A stretch of 64,000 nucleotides of DNA from Neodothiora populina (lineage: Eukaryota), in the NCBI RefSeq assembly GCF_041146345.1, contig NW_027191406.1, positions 930,001-994,000 on the forward strand, given 5' to 3'. Shown here piece after piece: positions 37,227-51,126 of this stretch (positions within the stretch are counted from its first letter, which is position 1; every line of letters starts with the position of its first letter). The translations under genes were made by a program, and so were the position numbers. Under the pieces are notes generated by a model. It did not search any database and was not told the DNA's origin. It saw only the letters and a program-made list of their open reading frames with translations.

Positions 37227-40195
37227 GATTAAAAGATATTAGGCTACGATCGAACCGTTATTAGTATTATACAGGTGATCTGAAAGAAGATTGTCGCTGA
37301 GTGTGATGATTCGAAAATATGCATGGATTCATGGCTCCATTTATATGGATGCTGATCATAGTCGCCCGTATCCTCAGACGTAGGAGGTGTTGGTGAAGGA
37401 TACTACACAAAGTCCTTACACCGTTGAAGTGGAGACAACAAACAACGTACAATAGAGGATTTGAGCTATCGATATGAATTCTGCAACGGTCGATGGCGGA
37501 CAACGTCTGAAGAAACGGTCAGAAACTCCACGACCCTCCTGGCAGTAATCCAAGCAAAACCAAACGGAGACATTTCCATGTGGTCACGATACGCGACAGC
37601 GCATGAAAGTGATGATCCAACAGTTGCCTTGCTAGGAGTTGTTGTCAAATGTATTGCGCCAGAGCATCTTTGCTCCACGTTATGGTGAGGGAGAAGGATG
37701 GACGCTACTTGTGATCTCGAAACGCGGTCGAGGCTCTGCACTCTTCACGACACCTAATGATCTCTGCCGCGCATTCAATACTGCGAAAGCGGAAGAGTTC
37801 ACGGAGAATTCTCATCTTGTTATAACGCCGCATAGGTGTTGTCGTTCGTACAAGGAATAAAGTCACTAACGCAGCTACCGAGCGAGATGTGCCAAAGCCG
37901 TTTTGGGACCATTGAGGCTCCGGCATTAGGCTGCCGATGAGCAACCTTACCCAAAACGGATAGATCTGGCAAATTGCATAAGGTTTCCGCCTCCCAAAGT
38001 GATAATTACCTAGTACGCAGGGTCGTCCGCGCCTGCAGCCACGGCCCGTCTGGCTGTTGCCGAACGTCAGTTCGTACACTGTCCTGGGATTTCCTCGCAA
38101 TCGACAAAAATCATGTCTCATAGGTTCCACTCCACGACAGCACTTATTCCCACAACGTGAAGTAGGGGATGTTTTCGCGAGCGGCAGTTCTGGACTTGGA
38201 TGGAATCCATATATTCTCGAAAAGTCTCGACTGATAGCTGTTTCGAATAGCAGCAGTTTAGTTCTACGGGGAAATATAATCAGGCATACACTCTTCAATG
38301 CTCGCAGCATGGCTGTAGTTCCGCACTTCTCTTACGCCTTCATACGCCCATATCAACGTGGAGGCTTCAGCCAGGTGCCACATGCCTGACAGAGAAAGGC
38401 CTACATATCATCATCTAGTGCGCCACGCAGTCATACACACTGCTTTGTACGCCGTGGCAATGCGATGGCTGATTTGCGAGTACCCTGTGGAACGTCCCGT
38501 AAGCCCTCTGCGAAGCCCTCGAGGGTAAGTGTACGGAAGGATATTGGTCTCACTTCTCAAACGTTTTCCAATATAAACTACACCCAACGGTTTCCTCAAC
38601 GGCTAGGATTGCCGTATCCAAGACGAACCAAGGACATTATATGAATTTCTTCACCATTTCGATGACTACACTCCACACATATCAAGAGATTTCTTGCGCC
38701 TACATAACGAGATTTACGCCCCTGGCTCTCGCGGCTTATTATTTTGTTTCCTTGTGGCTTTTGGGCTTGATAGGTTAAGCCTTGAAGATGAGTGCAATGC
38801 TCAACTCCTAGCCACAATGACTTCACTCACGGTCGGCAAAACTGAAAGCATGCTCCGCTCGACCATGGCTCGCATCAAATGACCAGTGGACGAGTTTGCT
38901 ACTGATGTGGAATTATCGTTGAACTGAAAGTTCTCCACTCGAGCGGACCATCTCTTAGTACAGTTGACAGGGCGCATGTATACTCGTCAGTGTAGCTTCC
39001 GCTTTGAGGCCTCCTGTCTCTACCTGGGCTATACCCGAAGTTGTGACAATAGTACTCGCAGATCAATATCACTGCGATCCGGTAAGGGTGGTAAAGACTA
39101 GCAATTGTTGATATTTTAGTCGTACTTGAGGCTTTCACGTGACGGGGCCATTTTTTCCGTAGTAGGCAATTCAGAAAATGCGAGTAAGTCTTCAACACTT
39201 CTTTTGTCCAGTGATATCAAAAATCACAGCCACACACGTATGCTCTCCGAGCGATCTCCGTGTCACAAAGCTCGTATGGTCATCTGATACGACGACCATA
39301 CTCGACAGTCAGCTAAAAGAGAGACGGCAGTTGGCATGCCTCGCTTGAAGGCACACGCCAGAATCTGTGAGCTTTTACGTGGTGAACCAATTTCAGCATT
39401 CACCTATCTAGAATCGTTGAAACACAAGTCAAAGGTTAAACTTGAAACTGCATAACCCTCAAAATCTTCAGTCTGTAGCTCAAAGCTGAGGAGAGATCCT
39501 ACTTAGCCCTCGCCAGTCCAGACCTGCCGGGTGGGAATTAAGGTGTGCTTTCGATAAAACCTGCTCTGCAGTCTGATTTGTGCTTCAATGCGCTCGGCCG
39601 TGTTCAAAGAGCCGCGTCAGATGTCAAAGCCATGAAACTTACCTTATACATCAACGTCCAACGCTATGGGTTTTGGGTTTCGTAGCCTATATGCTCCACT
39701 GAGGTACATTTTACTATACGTGAGTGAGGACAGGTGATATGTTTCACTCTACGCCTAGGCTATAGTCCCGAAGACTCAGGTCTTCTTGCAACGGACTGGT
39801 AGATCACATATACGAGCGCTGAGCGACTGTTGACCTCAGCCATAATCCAGTCCAAACTTGCGTCAGTCCTTGGTCATGATCGTCGTCTGCCTTCCGACGT
39901 TTAGAGTAACTTCTCCATATACTGCCTACCTAACAACGCTGCGAGATGTGACCGTGTGAGTTTGATCAATAATTCACTGACCCATGTTCATGGGTAGGAT
40001 TGACCTTGATGTACAAGTGACTCAATCCAACGAGATCATTGGCAAGCAAAGTTTGAGTTTCTATCTTATCACAAGATAAAGGACTATAAACTATGATTTA
40101 GAGGTAGAGATGACTGTCAGTGTGGTGGTCGTGAAAACTAACGAAGGGCAATAGTAGCAAAGGACAAGCAAGCCTTCTAGATGTATGAGCAAAAA

Positions 40196-40281
40196 TGATT
40201 CCGCCCGGGTTCGAACCGGGGACCGCCTGTGCACAGAAATATCTGTTAGACAGAAGTGATAACCAACTACACCACAGAACC
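40196..40281 (-). tRNA. tRNA-Val (AAC) with 12-nt intron
   Basis: GGTTCTG...CGGAATC acceptor stem, A-box TGGTGTAGTTGG, anticodon AAC at 40247-40245, intron 40243-40232, GGTTCGAACC T-loop and a following T5 Pol III terminator. Confidence 0.93.
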
Positions 40282-41427
40282 ATTGATGAATCACAACTCG
40301 ACTAAACAAAGTCATATCCTTTTAATGCACTAAGCGACAGGCGACTCCAGTAGTCAAGATCATGAGAGGCGGATAACGGTGCAGAATTCTACAAAGGAGC
40401 AAAAATGACCAATGACAATGTTTGAGCAATGACACTGGATACAACGCTGATGGATCTCAGTGATCCTACCAGAGAAAGACGCATGAGCTGCCCTAGGTCA
40501 TGCTAATTATGACATCTTTCTGTATCGGTAGACCAAGGACTCAGGCCTATATAGATAGCTTTGGGACTGACTTGACACGACACAAAAGATCCCCACAAGT
40601 CCTCGTTGTCCAACACGAGAATCCTCCAGGTATTTCATTCCAATAAAGCATGCCATTATCTCGGGATAAACACTTGCCCTGTACAGTAGCTCACGAAGTA
40701 GACGAAGGATTACAGGGACCGTGAGTACGGGAAGCCGTTTTCGTCGATCGCCCATTCGCTCAGACGAAGGACACATGGGCAAGCGTCCATAGGGACAACA
40801 GAGACGAAAGAAAGGACCTTTTTTTTATATTTTTCTTTTAAGACCGCATTCGTCCTTGCTCCGAATAAACGATGCTGCGAACTACTATAAGGAGTTGTTA
40901 TCTACTCACGGGCCCTCGCTTATATTCTAATAAACGTGGGTATTTTGACCGTTGAAAGCGCTGTATAGCAGCGAAAATCTCCGAGTAGTAGCGGCCTTTT
41001 AGTTAGCTGAAAAGTCGATAATGCTCTCGCTTTTTTGTTCCAACGAGGCCACGTTTGGGTCAGCATCCGTACGGTTGTTCGCATTCGAATTGTGTTCGAA
41101 TTGTGAGAGTGGAGACCAACACCGTACTACTGGGACTGCTTTATTGTTGGCATTTCCAAATGACCTCACTAGCTTGAAGACGCTACAGTGGTGCGTTCAT
41201 CGATCGAGTCGTTTAAATCACCGTTGTCTATCTGTACTTTCGTCGATTGGCTGCTGTGGCTCTCCTCAGAGCGCATCACAGGTCGCTTACAGTACTCTAT
41301 GAGAAGATCACCGTGGGTCGAATAGCTGAATAGCCGTGCCTCTCAGATTGCTTGTCTGGTATGGCTGTAACTCAAAAAAAACTATCGGTCAGTATATACT
41401 GCTAAAATTAAATCTCTTTTCATGAAA

Positions 41428-41520
41428 TCCGATGTGGTCTAGTGGCTAGGATTTGCCGCTCTCATTATTCAGATGAATGAAAGGTCCGGCAAGGCCGGGG
41501 TTCAATTCCCCGCATCGGAA
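41428..41520 (+). tRNA. tRNA-Glu (CTC) with 21-nt intron
   Basis: TCCGATG/CATCGGA acceptor stem, anticodon CTC at 41461-41463, intron about 41465-41485, GGTTCAATTCC T-loop and a downstream T5. Confidence 0.93.
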
Positions 41521-42471
41521 TATATTTTTGCCATTTCATCCTTGATTCCTTCCCGAAATATCTCCAGAAGCTGCCATGGTTCGGAGTTAAGGATCCGGTC
41601 TGCCAGCTCACAACGCTCTTTTTGTTCAATGCATACATGCGCCGAGGTCATATTCAGATTGACCTTCACGAACCAAGTGAGTTTCGGATAGCGACAAACT
41701 CTTGACTGCGATCTCTGAGAAGAGTAAATGCACAGCAATAGTAGTGACTCGCCGAGGTTAGCAAGCCACCTTTTATCGTTTCCCCATTCATAAGTTCTAC
41801 CCCATTGGTCACATTCCACCAACGCCGCAGCTTTGATTATTGTATACCACATCGTACCTTAACCTACGCAAGAACAGATAGCACAATCCTTGTCAAGATT
41901 GGCGAACGCCCGTGAACGACGAAGACTCAGGAAATCTGATCAAAGAGGGACGCATGGTGCGATTCTCTATCAGACTAAAGCAAGACGAACCCAGGTAAGG
42001 TGAGGCGAATTTGAGTGCTTGAGCAGCACCTTATCTTCAACGACGGGCAATGCCTCGCGCCTGCTGGTTGACTGACTGAATGCTGCTGCTGCTGCTGCCC
42101 TGTCTCTGAATATCCATCTTTACCCCCCGTCCAAGAAAGGTCGAGCAGTACTCTATTCTGCCATCTACGGCGGTGAGTAGTGATCTTACACATGCCTAGG
42201 TTCGTGTCGGATCACTTGACTCCGAGGCTTATTTGCTATAGTATTAACCCCGCTCCTGTGAAATGTCACATCAACGTGTCAGTTATGTCGCTACATAAAG
42301 TGAAATGTCGTAGCCTGCATTTTGGTCAATGTAAGCCTGATTCGCAAGCAAGTGCGCAGTGACAACAGCAGTGAAGCGGTGTAGATCTTGTTATATAGGT
42401 CTTGTTTCTTGAGCATTCTTCGTCTTGTATCCTTTTCACATTTGCTTGTCAAGGGAAAAGCAAAAGCGATC

Positions 42472-43551
42472 ATGGCGAGCTCAATCAGGGGACTCACTCT
42501 CACACCGGTTTTGACCGCCTCAGCTCTCTATGTTCTGACTCGGGGTCCGCCTTCTCTCCAACAACCACTGCTAACCAAACTCCTCACGTACATCAGTCCT
42601 CGAACTCTGTCTCGTCTGATCACAGGCTTGAAAGTGCTGCTCGGTGCATCGCTCCTCAAGACTCTCAACCTATCACTAAGCGCGTGGGCGGGCAACAACT
42701 TCACACTATTTTCGTCGACGAAAGGCTGGGACTGGCCGAATGAAATCGCCGTCGTGACAGGCGGCAGTTCAGGCTTCGGCGCCCTGTTCACCGCAGACCT
42801 GACCGCAAAGGGCATCAAAGTCGTCGTGCTGGACATCAACCCTCTGCCGGCCCACCTGGCCTCGAACCCCTTGGTGACCTTCCACCAATGCGACGTGACC
42901 TCGCGCGTCGCCGTGCTCGAAGTCGGCGACAAGATCCGCGCAGAGCTGGGTGATGCCACGATCCTGATCAACAACGCAGGCATGGGCGCGGGCAAGTCCA
43001 TCCTGGGCACCGACGACGCCTTCCTGGCGCGCATCTTCGGCGTGAATTTGTTTTCCCACTACTACACCGTGCAAGCCTTCCTGCCGGCGATGCTGAAGCA
43101 CAAAAAGGGCCACATTGTCAACATCGCGTCCATCGCGTCGTTTGTGGCCCCCGCGACAATCATCGACTACGCAGCGACCAAAGCCGGCGCCCTCGTCTTC
43201 CACGAAGGCCTGAGGAGCGAGCTGCGCACTCTGCACCACTGCCCGGAGATCAAGACGAGTATCATCCACCCGTCGTGGGCGGACACGCCCCTCATCGCGC
43301 CGGGCAAGGCGCATCTCCAGAAAGCCGGCGAGAAGATTCTGGATCCGCAGGACGTGTCCGATGCCGTCGTGGCGCAGATTCTGAATGGCAGGAGCGGCCA
43401 GATCGTGCTCGCTGGTAGCGGGGTCAAGGCTACGTTGATCAGTGGTCTGAGGGGTATGCCTGGCTGGTGGCAGGAGATGATCGGCCGGCTGACCGAGGAC
43501 AAGTCGCATAAGGTGACCGAGAAGGGGGTGGATTCGTGGAAGACCGCATGA
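42472..43551 (+). CDS. Short-chain dehydrogenase/reductase (17beta-HSD11/retinol dehydrogenase-like) with N-terminal hydrophobic segment
   Basis: VVTGGSSGFG, CDVT, LINNAG, catalytic Ser (NIASIAS) and YAATK; intronless. The start is taken at MASSIRG. Confidence 0.9.
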   Translation: MASSIRGLTLTPVLTASALYVLTRGPPSLQQPLLTKLLTYISPRTLSRLITGLKVLLGASLLKTLNLSLSAWAGNNFTLFSSTKGWDWPNEIAVVTGGSSGFGALFTADLTAKGIKVVVLDINPLPAHLASNPLVTFHQCDVTSRVAVLEVGDKIRAELGDATILINNAGMGAGKSILGTDDAFLARIFGVNLFSHYYTVQAFLPAMLKHKKGHIVNIASIASFVAPATIIDYAATKAGALVFHEGLRSELRTLHHCPEIKTSIIHPSWADTPLIAPGKAHLQKAGEKILDPQDVSDAVVAQILNGRSGQIVLAGSGVKATLISGLRGMPGWWQEMIGRLTEDKSHKVTEKGVDSWKTA

Positions 43552-44748
43552 GCCCAGAGCGCTTCTTGTTTTTGTTATCTACTCCCTTATCATCGTATAT
43601 ACCTTACAGTATGAGGAAACCCAACGCTGCATGGACCCCCACGAATTTGATCATCTTACACAAATAACAATTACAAAGGAGATTCCAACGCCGCACATCG
43701 CGCACGAAGTCGACTTCTACCAAGTCTGCATCACTAATCCTATATTGACCAGGGCCCAACATCAGTGACCGGACGCAAGACAATACCACTATCCGAGGCA
43801 CATGACCCTTCCATTTGCAAAAAACCCAGAGACGACAGACTGGCGAAGGTAGAAGAAGTATATTCCATCCCTAATGCTCACCACGACCAATCTCTTCCTC
43901 AACGATAATTGTACTAATGCGGGAAACAAGAGACGAGAGAAGGAGGAACAAGACACACAGAACATTGAATTTCTCACAAGCTACACAGGACAGAGGCAGA
44001 CCAGACCACAGCCAGACTTACCACTGTGCACAGATTCTTCGACTATCCTAAGGTTAGTTCATCCTGACCTTTAGTCCCCCTGTTCTCTGCGCTGCTGGTG
44101 CAGGAATGAGCAAGGCGGATACAGACTGCCCTGTCCCTCTCTTCGTGCGTGCAGGAGCAGACGAGTAAGCAACGATGAACCAGACACAGAGTCAATTGAT
44201 GAAGCAAATCTATCGTGAGCTAGTATCTTTGGTCTCTAGCCACTCTTCTCGCCTCATTTGAATCATTCATATCTAGGTAGACAACACCGGTATGAGTTGA
44301 TTCACATCTCGTAAGAAGTATATGTGCTTCGTTTTACGCCCTTCCCTTCCTCATCTCTCTTTACTTGACCAGATCCTATACTGCCTTCCTTTGGACTCAT
44401 CTAGAGACTATCAGCAGTACATGGCACATGCATCTAGTTCCGTTTGCATTGTATCACACTTCTCCAGGTCTGATCCGACCATGCTCCTCGTTCCTTTCCT
44501 TTCGTCTTCCAAGACCATGTCTAGAATACAGATGACAACACTTCGTTCGAGGTTCTGGTCAGAAACAGCAAGGACATGTTCGGGGATATCCTTTCGTGTC
44601 TCCAACGGTAGGAAATAGAGGGGCAGAAACAAAACCAACAAGTGCTCATGAGACCCAGTCGACCATAGTTTTAACAGAGAAAACAAAAAAAGACATTTTC
44701 CCTCAAGAGACTCATCTATGCATACATTGTGGAACTGACTAGGTTACT

Positions 44749-47700
44749 TCATGTCCTCTGGTTGAAGAACCAACTACTCCTCTTGGCGCCGGCTTGTTCA
44801 GACTGATGCTGTTGCTGTTGCTGCAGGCCTGCAAAGGTGGGCACCATGGGACCCTGCTCGCCAGCAGCGGCTCCACCACCACCTCTGAGCGGCTTAGCGA
44901 TTCGGGAAAAGCCACCGCCGAAACCGTTGGACTGGTTGGAGGCGCTCATGTTCAGGGCGGAAGGGTTCGACGGAGCGAAAGGGCCCGATCGCGCAGACGA
45001 GATCTTGGCCGCCTCGAGGCGCTCCTTCACCGCCGTCAATTGCGTTTCGAAACTGCGACGCCGTAGTGTTAGTTGTGTCAATATTCGCGAGGATTGGAAC
45101 GCATTTCTATCATGTGCACGAAAATCAAGGATGCGAGGAGGATTGTTGACATACCGGTGGTTGGCTTGCATGAGCTTCTCCTGGCTTTCGCCCAAGAGCA
45201 CTTCCAAGCCGTGAATTCTCTCCCCTCTGGCCTGCAACTTGCGCTCGGCAATGGCGACTTCCTTCTTGAGGCCGGCGTTCTGCTCTACCAGCTGTCTTTG
45301 TACCGCGGTCAATTGCTCGAGGTTTCGCTCGAGGAATGCAAGCTTCTTCTGCTGCTGCTTGCTGTTGGCCGATCGCAACACGGAGTTGTACTGTTCCCGC
45401 GTACTGTCCAGAGAAATCTCCAGTTCGACGACGCGCTCACAGCGGTTCTGCAGGTCTCGCATGAGTGACTTCTTCATTGCGTCAAAGTCTGCGAGCTGCT
45501 TCTGCAGAGTCAGAGAGCCCGAGTTGCCTGTCTTGCGCAGGGTGTCGAGGTCGTGACGAAGGCGAGCATTCTCCTCCTGGTGTCGCGTGAGAAGGCTCTG
45601 GATCTCGGCAGGCGGTGTCGAGTCCGCGTGGGAAGCCCGAGATTCCTGGAGCTTCTTCTTGATCTCCTCGACATCGGCTTCGGAAAGGTTCTGCTCAAGA
45701 AGCTCCTCATACTTCTGACGCACTTCGGCAACCTTTTGTTGTAGGATGAGCATGTCGGCATTGTTCCCTGAACCAGCAGAGCGTACGATGCCTTGAGTCT
45801 CGACCAACTTGTCCCGCATGCCCATCAGGACGTCCGGAGAGATGGGCTCTCCGGTGCCTCCGTGGACGAGCATGCCGTCGTTGGCGAGGTCCAGGAGGCG
45901 GTCAACCTCTTCGATGATCTGGCGAACGCTGGCCTCATTGTCGGAGAAGACTTCGCCGCCTATGTCGAAGCCGGCCATCATCTCGGCCATGCGTTCCTTC
46001 TTGAGCTTCTCCTTCTCGTCCATGACGGCGGACGTCTCCTTTGCGCTCATCTTGGCCTCGAGAAGCTCCTTCCTCAGGTCCTCGAGCTCGGTGGACAAGT
46101 CGGCATTTGCCTCCTTCAACGAGTCCATCATGATGCTATCTTCCTTGGTCTCAAAGGTGACTCGCTCGACTTGCATCTTGAGATTCTCGACCTCGCCAGA
46201 CAGGCGCTCATTGTCCTTGTTGGCGCGGCCGTGCGTCTCTCTGAGTTCCTTAAGCTCCGACCTCGCAAGCAGCAAGTTCTTCTCTGCATCCGCAATGGCC
46301 GACTCTTTCTCTGCCAGTTGGTCCTGAAGCTCGTTCTCCCGTCGCAGGAACTCGTCTCTTTCGTCTTTGTCGAGGGCGATGCTGGGGGTTCCGGCACGGT
46401 CGAGGTCGAGCCGTGATTCGGGTCTCCTCGAGGACGGCGTCTCAGCACCGCGCTGTGATTCGCTCTGTGCTAATGAGGGTGTGGCGGGTCTTGCAGGAAG
46501 CTTTGCAACTTCCTTGATTGTGGGAGTCCACTGTTCTTTGGGGACACTCTGACCTTTCCGCCAGGTGCCGACCTCGGACTCGAGGTTGGAGATGTAGTTC
46601 TCGAAAGTGGTGACTTGGGTCTGGGCCTTGCGCAGCAGAGCCTTGAGTTCGGCGGGAGAGAGTTCCTGGTTGACCTTGGCCTTGTTCTTGATGCTCTTGG
46701 CTCTCACACCGAAACGGAGGGTCGAGAGGGTTTCGGCGTCGTTGTAACTGGAGGGTGAACAATTGATGATGAGGGTGGTGCGCGAGTTGCCACCGAGCGA
46801 CTCTTGCAGGATACGGGTGAGCTTGGAGTCTCGGTATGGCACGTGGGTGCTCTTTCCGTCAGTCAAGGCGTTGATGACCATACCCAACGCACTCAGACTC
46901 TTGTTGATCTTCTTTGCCTCCTCGAGAGTCTGACCGCTGGCTCCAGTCTTGCCGACCTTCTCGGAACCTGCAAGATCGACGAGGAACAGCTGACCTGCCT
47001 TGGCACTGCCGGTCTCGAGGTTCTTCTGGTTGATGGTGAGGAGGAAGATGGAGTGGGAGCGGGAAGACTCCTGGTTCATGTTTGTGGCCGCAACAGCTCT
47101 CGCCATGCCACCCTGGTCCAGGATGTGATAGACCTCTTCAATGCTGCTCACATAGACCTGAGACAGACCCTTGACGTAGACACCCTTGTTCTTCTCCTCG
47201 TGGATGGGCAGATTGTCGCATTCGGGTCGTAGCAGATCTCTGATTCTCTCCATGTAGATTTCCATGTAGCTGACACCGACCGTGTACTCAATGTTGCTCT
47301 CGCTCGCGAGGATGCTCTCGAAGATCTGCTCGGTGATGCGAGGGATGACACCCTTCTGCTCGTGGTTGGTGATATCACCGCCCATCATGGTATAGGATTT
47401 ACCCGCACCGGTCTGACCGTAGGCAAAGACGGTTCCGTTGTAGCCATTCAGGATGTCGTCGACGGTCGGGCGGATGGAGAAGTCGAAGAGATCCGCCTGT
47501 CGACATGACATGTCGAAGACACGGTCGAAGGTGAATGAGGCATTTCCGGCTTCGCGTGACTGTCATGGTCGATTCAGTGAGATTGATGCTGGTGGTGATG
47601 ATGATGATGATGATGATGATGACGATGCAAATGGAAAGCAGATTGCAACATAGACAAGTGACAGTGACTGACCTGGATCTGACAAGTATCGTCCGATTCG

Positions 47701-47982
47701 AAATCCACGATCGGGGTACCACCGCTGGCCAATTCGACTTTGTTCTGCGGTCGAAACCGAGCCACGACTGCGCAAACAAGTCAATAAAAACATGGTCTTG
47801 TGTGTTGTTCCTGTATAGATCTGTCCTACCCTTGATGGTGTTGGGGCTCCTGTGCCGAACATGTTAGCCTATTTGTTGATTCCATGGTAAGGTAGGCAAT
47901 AGGAGAGAGACGGAGACGGAGACGGAGATGTATCTCTGATGAGAAGAAGATAAAGAAGACGAGCAGTCGGAACTTACGCCAT
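44749..47982 (-). CDS. kinA: Conventional kinesin (kinesin-1 heavy chain)
   Basis: Exons ATGGC (47982-47978), 47849-47830, 47767-47673, 47559-45155 and 45052-44749. Motifs NTIKVVARFRP, GQTGAGKS, NQESSRSH, LVDLAGSE, a coiled-coil stalk, cargo motif LQNRCERVVELE and tail RIAKPLRGG. Confidence 0.96.
47596..47627. repeat. (GAT)n microsatellite within kinesin intron 3
   Basis: gatgatgatgatgatgatgatgatgacgatg. Confidence 0.85.
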
Positions 47983-49520
47983 GATGGCGCTGTGTGCAGA
48001 GAGCACCTGCGCTCTTCTCCAAGATGACGAGCAGTAAGAGTCGGGTCGGGGCCTGATGCACAATCAAGTGTCTGCCGCGGTCAGGAGAAGAAGAAGAAAG
48101 GCAAGGAAACAAGAGAAAGTTTCGAAAAAGTGGCAGCGGCAGCAGCAATTGCAGCAGGAGCGGCAACGACAGACAGCGACAATGCAACAGCAGTTCGAGA
48201 GTAGTGTGCGCGTGCAGGGCGGTGACTGCAGCGCCGGGGGAGTGGGCCAACTCAAGGAAGATCAACGTATACAAGTATGTATTGGGTATTAGGATAGGGT
48301 AAAGTAGGGTTCCAACAGGAACAGAACAGACACGGAACACAGACACACACCACCACAACACAATACACACTGATAACTGATAGTAGAAATCAAGGGCAGA
48401 TCACAAGGGACTCTCTCTCTATCTCTCTCTTCCTTTCTTACACACACTTCCCGCGCTTTTATTTGGTCGGTCACTGCCGCCCTTTACAGTGATATGATTG
48501 ATTAAGGTATCTTGGGATGATTAATCGATAAGCAAAACAGAGCAGGCACCTCCGCAACAACAATCGACCCAAACAATCTTCTCTCTGGCTCACCCGTTAC
48601 AGTCGGATAGAAACGTAGATGATGTCAGGGAAACGGAATGTTATGATGGCATCCAAAATGAGTGAGTACTCCACTCTGGAGAGTACGAGTAGAGTAGTAG
48701 ACAAGGTAACTACCCGGTAAAGTGAGGTGGGTTGCTTGGGTTGTATTGATCTTGCGGTCACGGCTTGGCTCAAAGTGGCGGCGTATTGTTGTCCTTGTGG
48801 AGTTGCAGGAGACCGAGCTCCCGGTTTCATCTTGATGGGGCTGAACTCTATCTCGCCCCGACAGAGCTGTTGCAGCAGGACAGGGACGGCAATGCAAATG
48901 CAGGGAGAGTTGGCGCCCGTCTCGTGATGCTCTAGAGATGCTGGCTATGACTTCCTAGAAAACATGGAGATATGTGAGGTGATTTGTTTCGAGTTGCCCA
49001 GGTACATGTCGCTAGAGACTCGACCTTCTGGAGCAGCCTTGTCTTCACACTTCAAAGATATTCGGGCACAAAAAGATCTGCAAGAATACGCAACGCCAGG
49101 ACCATTACTGAATGCCCGATTTATAGAATGGAAACCGCCTGGTCATGCCGACAGCCCTCTCGTTTGTCTCATTGTGCCATGTGCTGCTGTCCCTCATGCT
49201 GCTATTCCCTATGCCGCTGTTCCATCCGCCGTCTCCATCTGGTAAAAAAAGGAAACAACCCTTTCTTCCACATCCAAATCAGGCTGCATTGCATGTCATG
49301 TTGCAACGCTCTGTCCGCAAAACGCCTCGCTGAATCCGTCATGAATACGTGGGAAATGCTTGCGATACACAAGCTGAAGAGTCGAGACGTGTCCTTGCCT
49401 TTGCATTCGCTTTCTCTACATCTTTGTTGCTCTCGAGCCTCTCGAGACAGGAGGCTGTCTTCGACCTCCCTCGTGTCCCCCATCAAGGTACAAAAGTGAT
49501 GAGTACTCGGGACCGCCGGC

Positions 49521-50331
49521 TCAGTCATCCCAGCTCTTCTCTACCGTCTCGCGTACCCGCTTGGTGTATTCCTTGCGGTTGTCTTTGTATAGATTTGACG
49601 CCTCCACGTTTGCCGGCGAGCTGGTGTTTGGATCGTTAAGCAAACTGTGGTTCCTCTGTCAGTTTTTGTATATTACACAGCTCCATTTTCATGTTGCCTG
49701 AACGCCCGAATCCACGCTGGCGTGTGGCGTGCCCATTGCTTGCATAACGCACCTCTGAATGCTCGTCAAGATAGCCGCTACATCGTACGTCGGGCTCCAT
49801 CTGTTCTGTAGGATATCCAGGCAAAGCTCGCCCGTGGCGTAGACATTCGGGTGGAACATGGTGCTGATGAACTTGACGCCCGGCGGTTTGTTCGGATATT
49901 GCTCTTCGAAGTGCATCACTAGTCTGAATGTGCCATCTTCGAAGGGCGTGTCTGATGGTCCGATGATTACTGCGTTCCTGGAGGGGTGTGTGAGTAATGC
50001 TGTTCCGTAGTCCTTGACCCACGAGTGGCGTTGCCAGCCGTGGAGTGTGAGAATCGTACCATGTCATGACATTGTCTGCAATAGGTGATGCCGAGACGCC
50101 TGCGGGAGGATCTGTTTGCATGCGCTATACAAGAAACATGTCAGTCGATCTGTGCTTCTTGATCTTCTTCTTCTTCTTCTTCTTCTTCTTCTTCTTCTTC
50201 TTCTTCTTCTACTCCGACGACCATCCTGCACCGCCATTCACTCCCGAAGCCGCACGCCTCGGACTCAAAAAGGCTAATGTCCGCCGTACCTTGAAGTCGC
50301 GCATCAGACGACGGCGAGCTGATGTAGACAT
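49521..50331 (-). CDS. RAD6: Ubiquitin-conjugating enzyme E2 Rad6/Ubc2
   Basis: [28 protein letters not shown]...[41 protein letters not shown]...VEKSWDD; three introns. Confidence 0.97.
50163..50210. repeat. Perfect (TCT)16 / (GAA)16 microsatellite in RAD6 intron 1
   Basis: 48-nt uninterrupted trinucleotide run. Confidence 0.95.
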
Positions 50332-51126
50332 TATGAGGACCGGTGTGGTCTGTGTTGATAATGTCGAATGATTTGGCCGATGGCTAGCGAGATGTGACCG
50401 GGTTGGAGAGGAACGGAGTCAAGATGTCATATGATGAATCAGATGGAAAGATGATGAGCTGATGCAAATGGGGGGCAAGTCGTGACTAAGGTAACGACCA
50501 ACGCGGCCTGTGACGCTGTGGAGAAACTCCGCCAGTCCCTCTTCGCTTCCCTTTGGACAAACGGAATCTCTCCCGTCTTCGACCTGTCACACACACACTA
50601 TGAACGACCGACCTATCGCTAAGACTCTGAACCAGAATCCCTCGAATATCTAGACGCTTCTGATGTTGTGAAAGTCCCATGGGCTGCAACGTGCCGTCGC
50701 ATCTTGATCTGCCCAAGAGGCAGGCCATTATCGAGGCATGCCTCTAGGCTTCGTGCACATGCCGTGACACGTCGCTAATGTCCGCTGACATGCAAGAAGC
50801 GTTATCGATATGTGATACGTCTTCCACCTTAGCCATGTCTCGAAGAACATCCAAGTACATGCATCTGCGAGTCACGGCCGGAATATGTTTGCCGAGCACG
50901 AGAGATACTTGTTATCTTTGTACATTAGAACTACATCTCGGCATTTCAACTCTTTAAAAAATTAATAGACCTTGTCACCTCCCATGCATCAAAGTTTCTA
51001 ATCGCTAGCTGTTACCGCACTGATTGGCGCCGCCTGACTAAAACTGCTGACGAACAATGTCACGTCAAATGGACTCGTACGTCACGTTGGCGTACGCTCT
51101 GGCCCATCTCCTACATAAAAACTCGC

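Noticed and set aside
37300..40150. Gene-poor stretch next to the tRNAs, considered as a transposon relic
   Set aside because: No transposase or RT motifs, terminal repeats or strong AT/RIP bias visible.
42528..43509. Long antisense ORFs (246, 168, 111 aa) opposite the SDR
   Set aside because: Shadows of GC3-rich coding sequence with no recognisable motifs. The same applies to 53633-54577, 45793-46416, 7768-8454 and 17492-18022.
17183..50331. PRE9, UBC8 and RAD6 as a ubiquitin-proteasome gene cluster
   Set aside because: They are separated by unrelated genes over 33 kb; ordinary housekeeping-gene density explains it.
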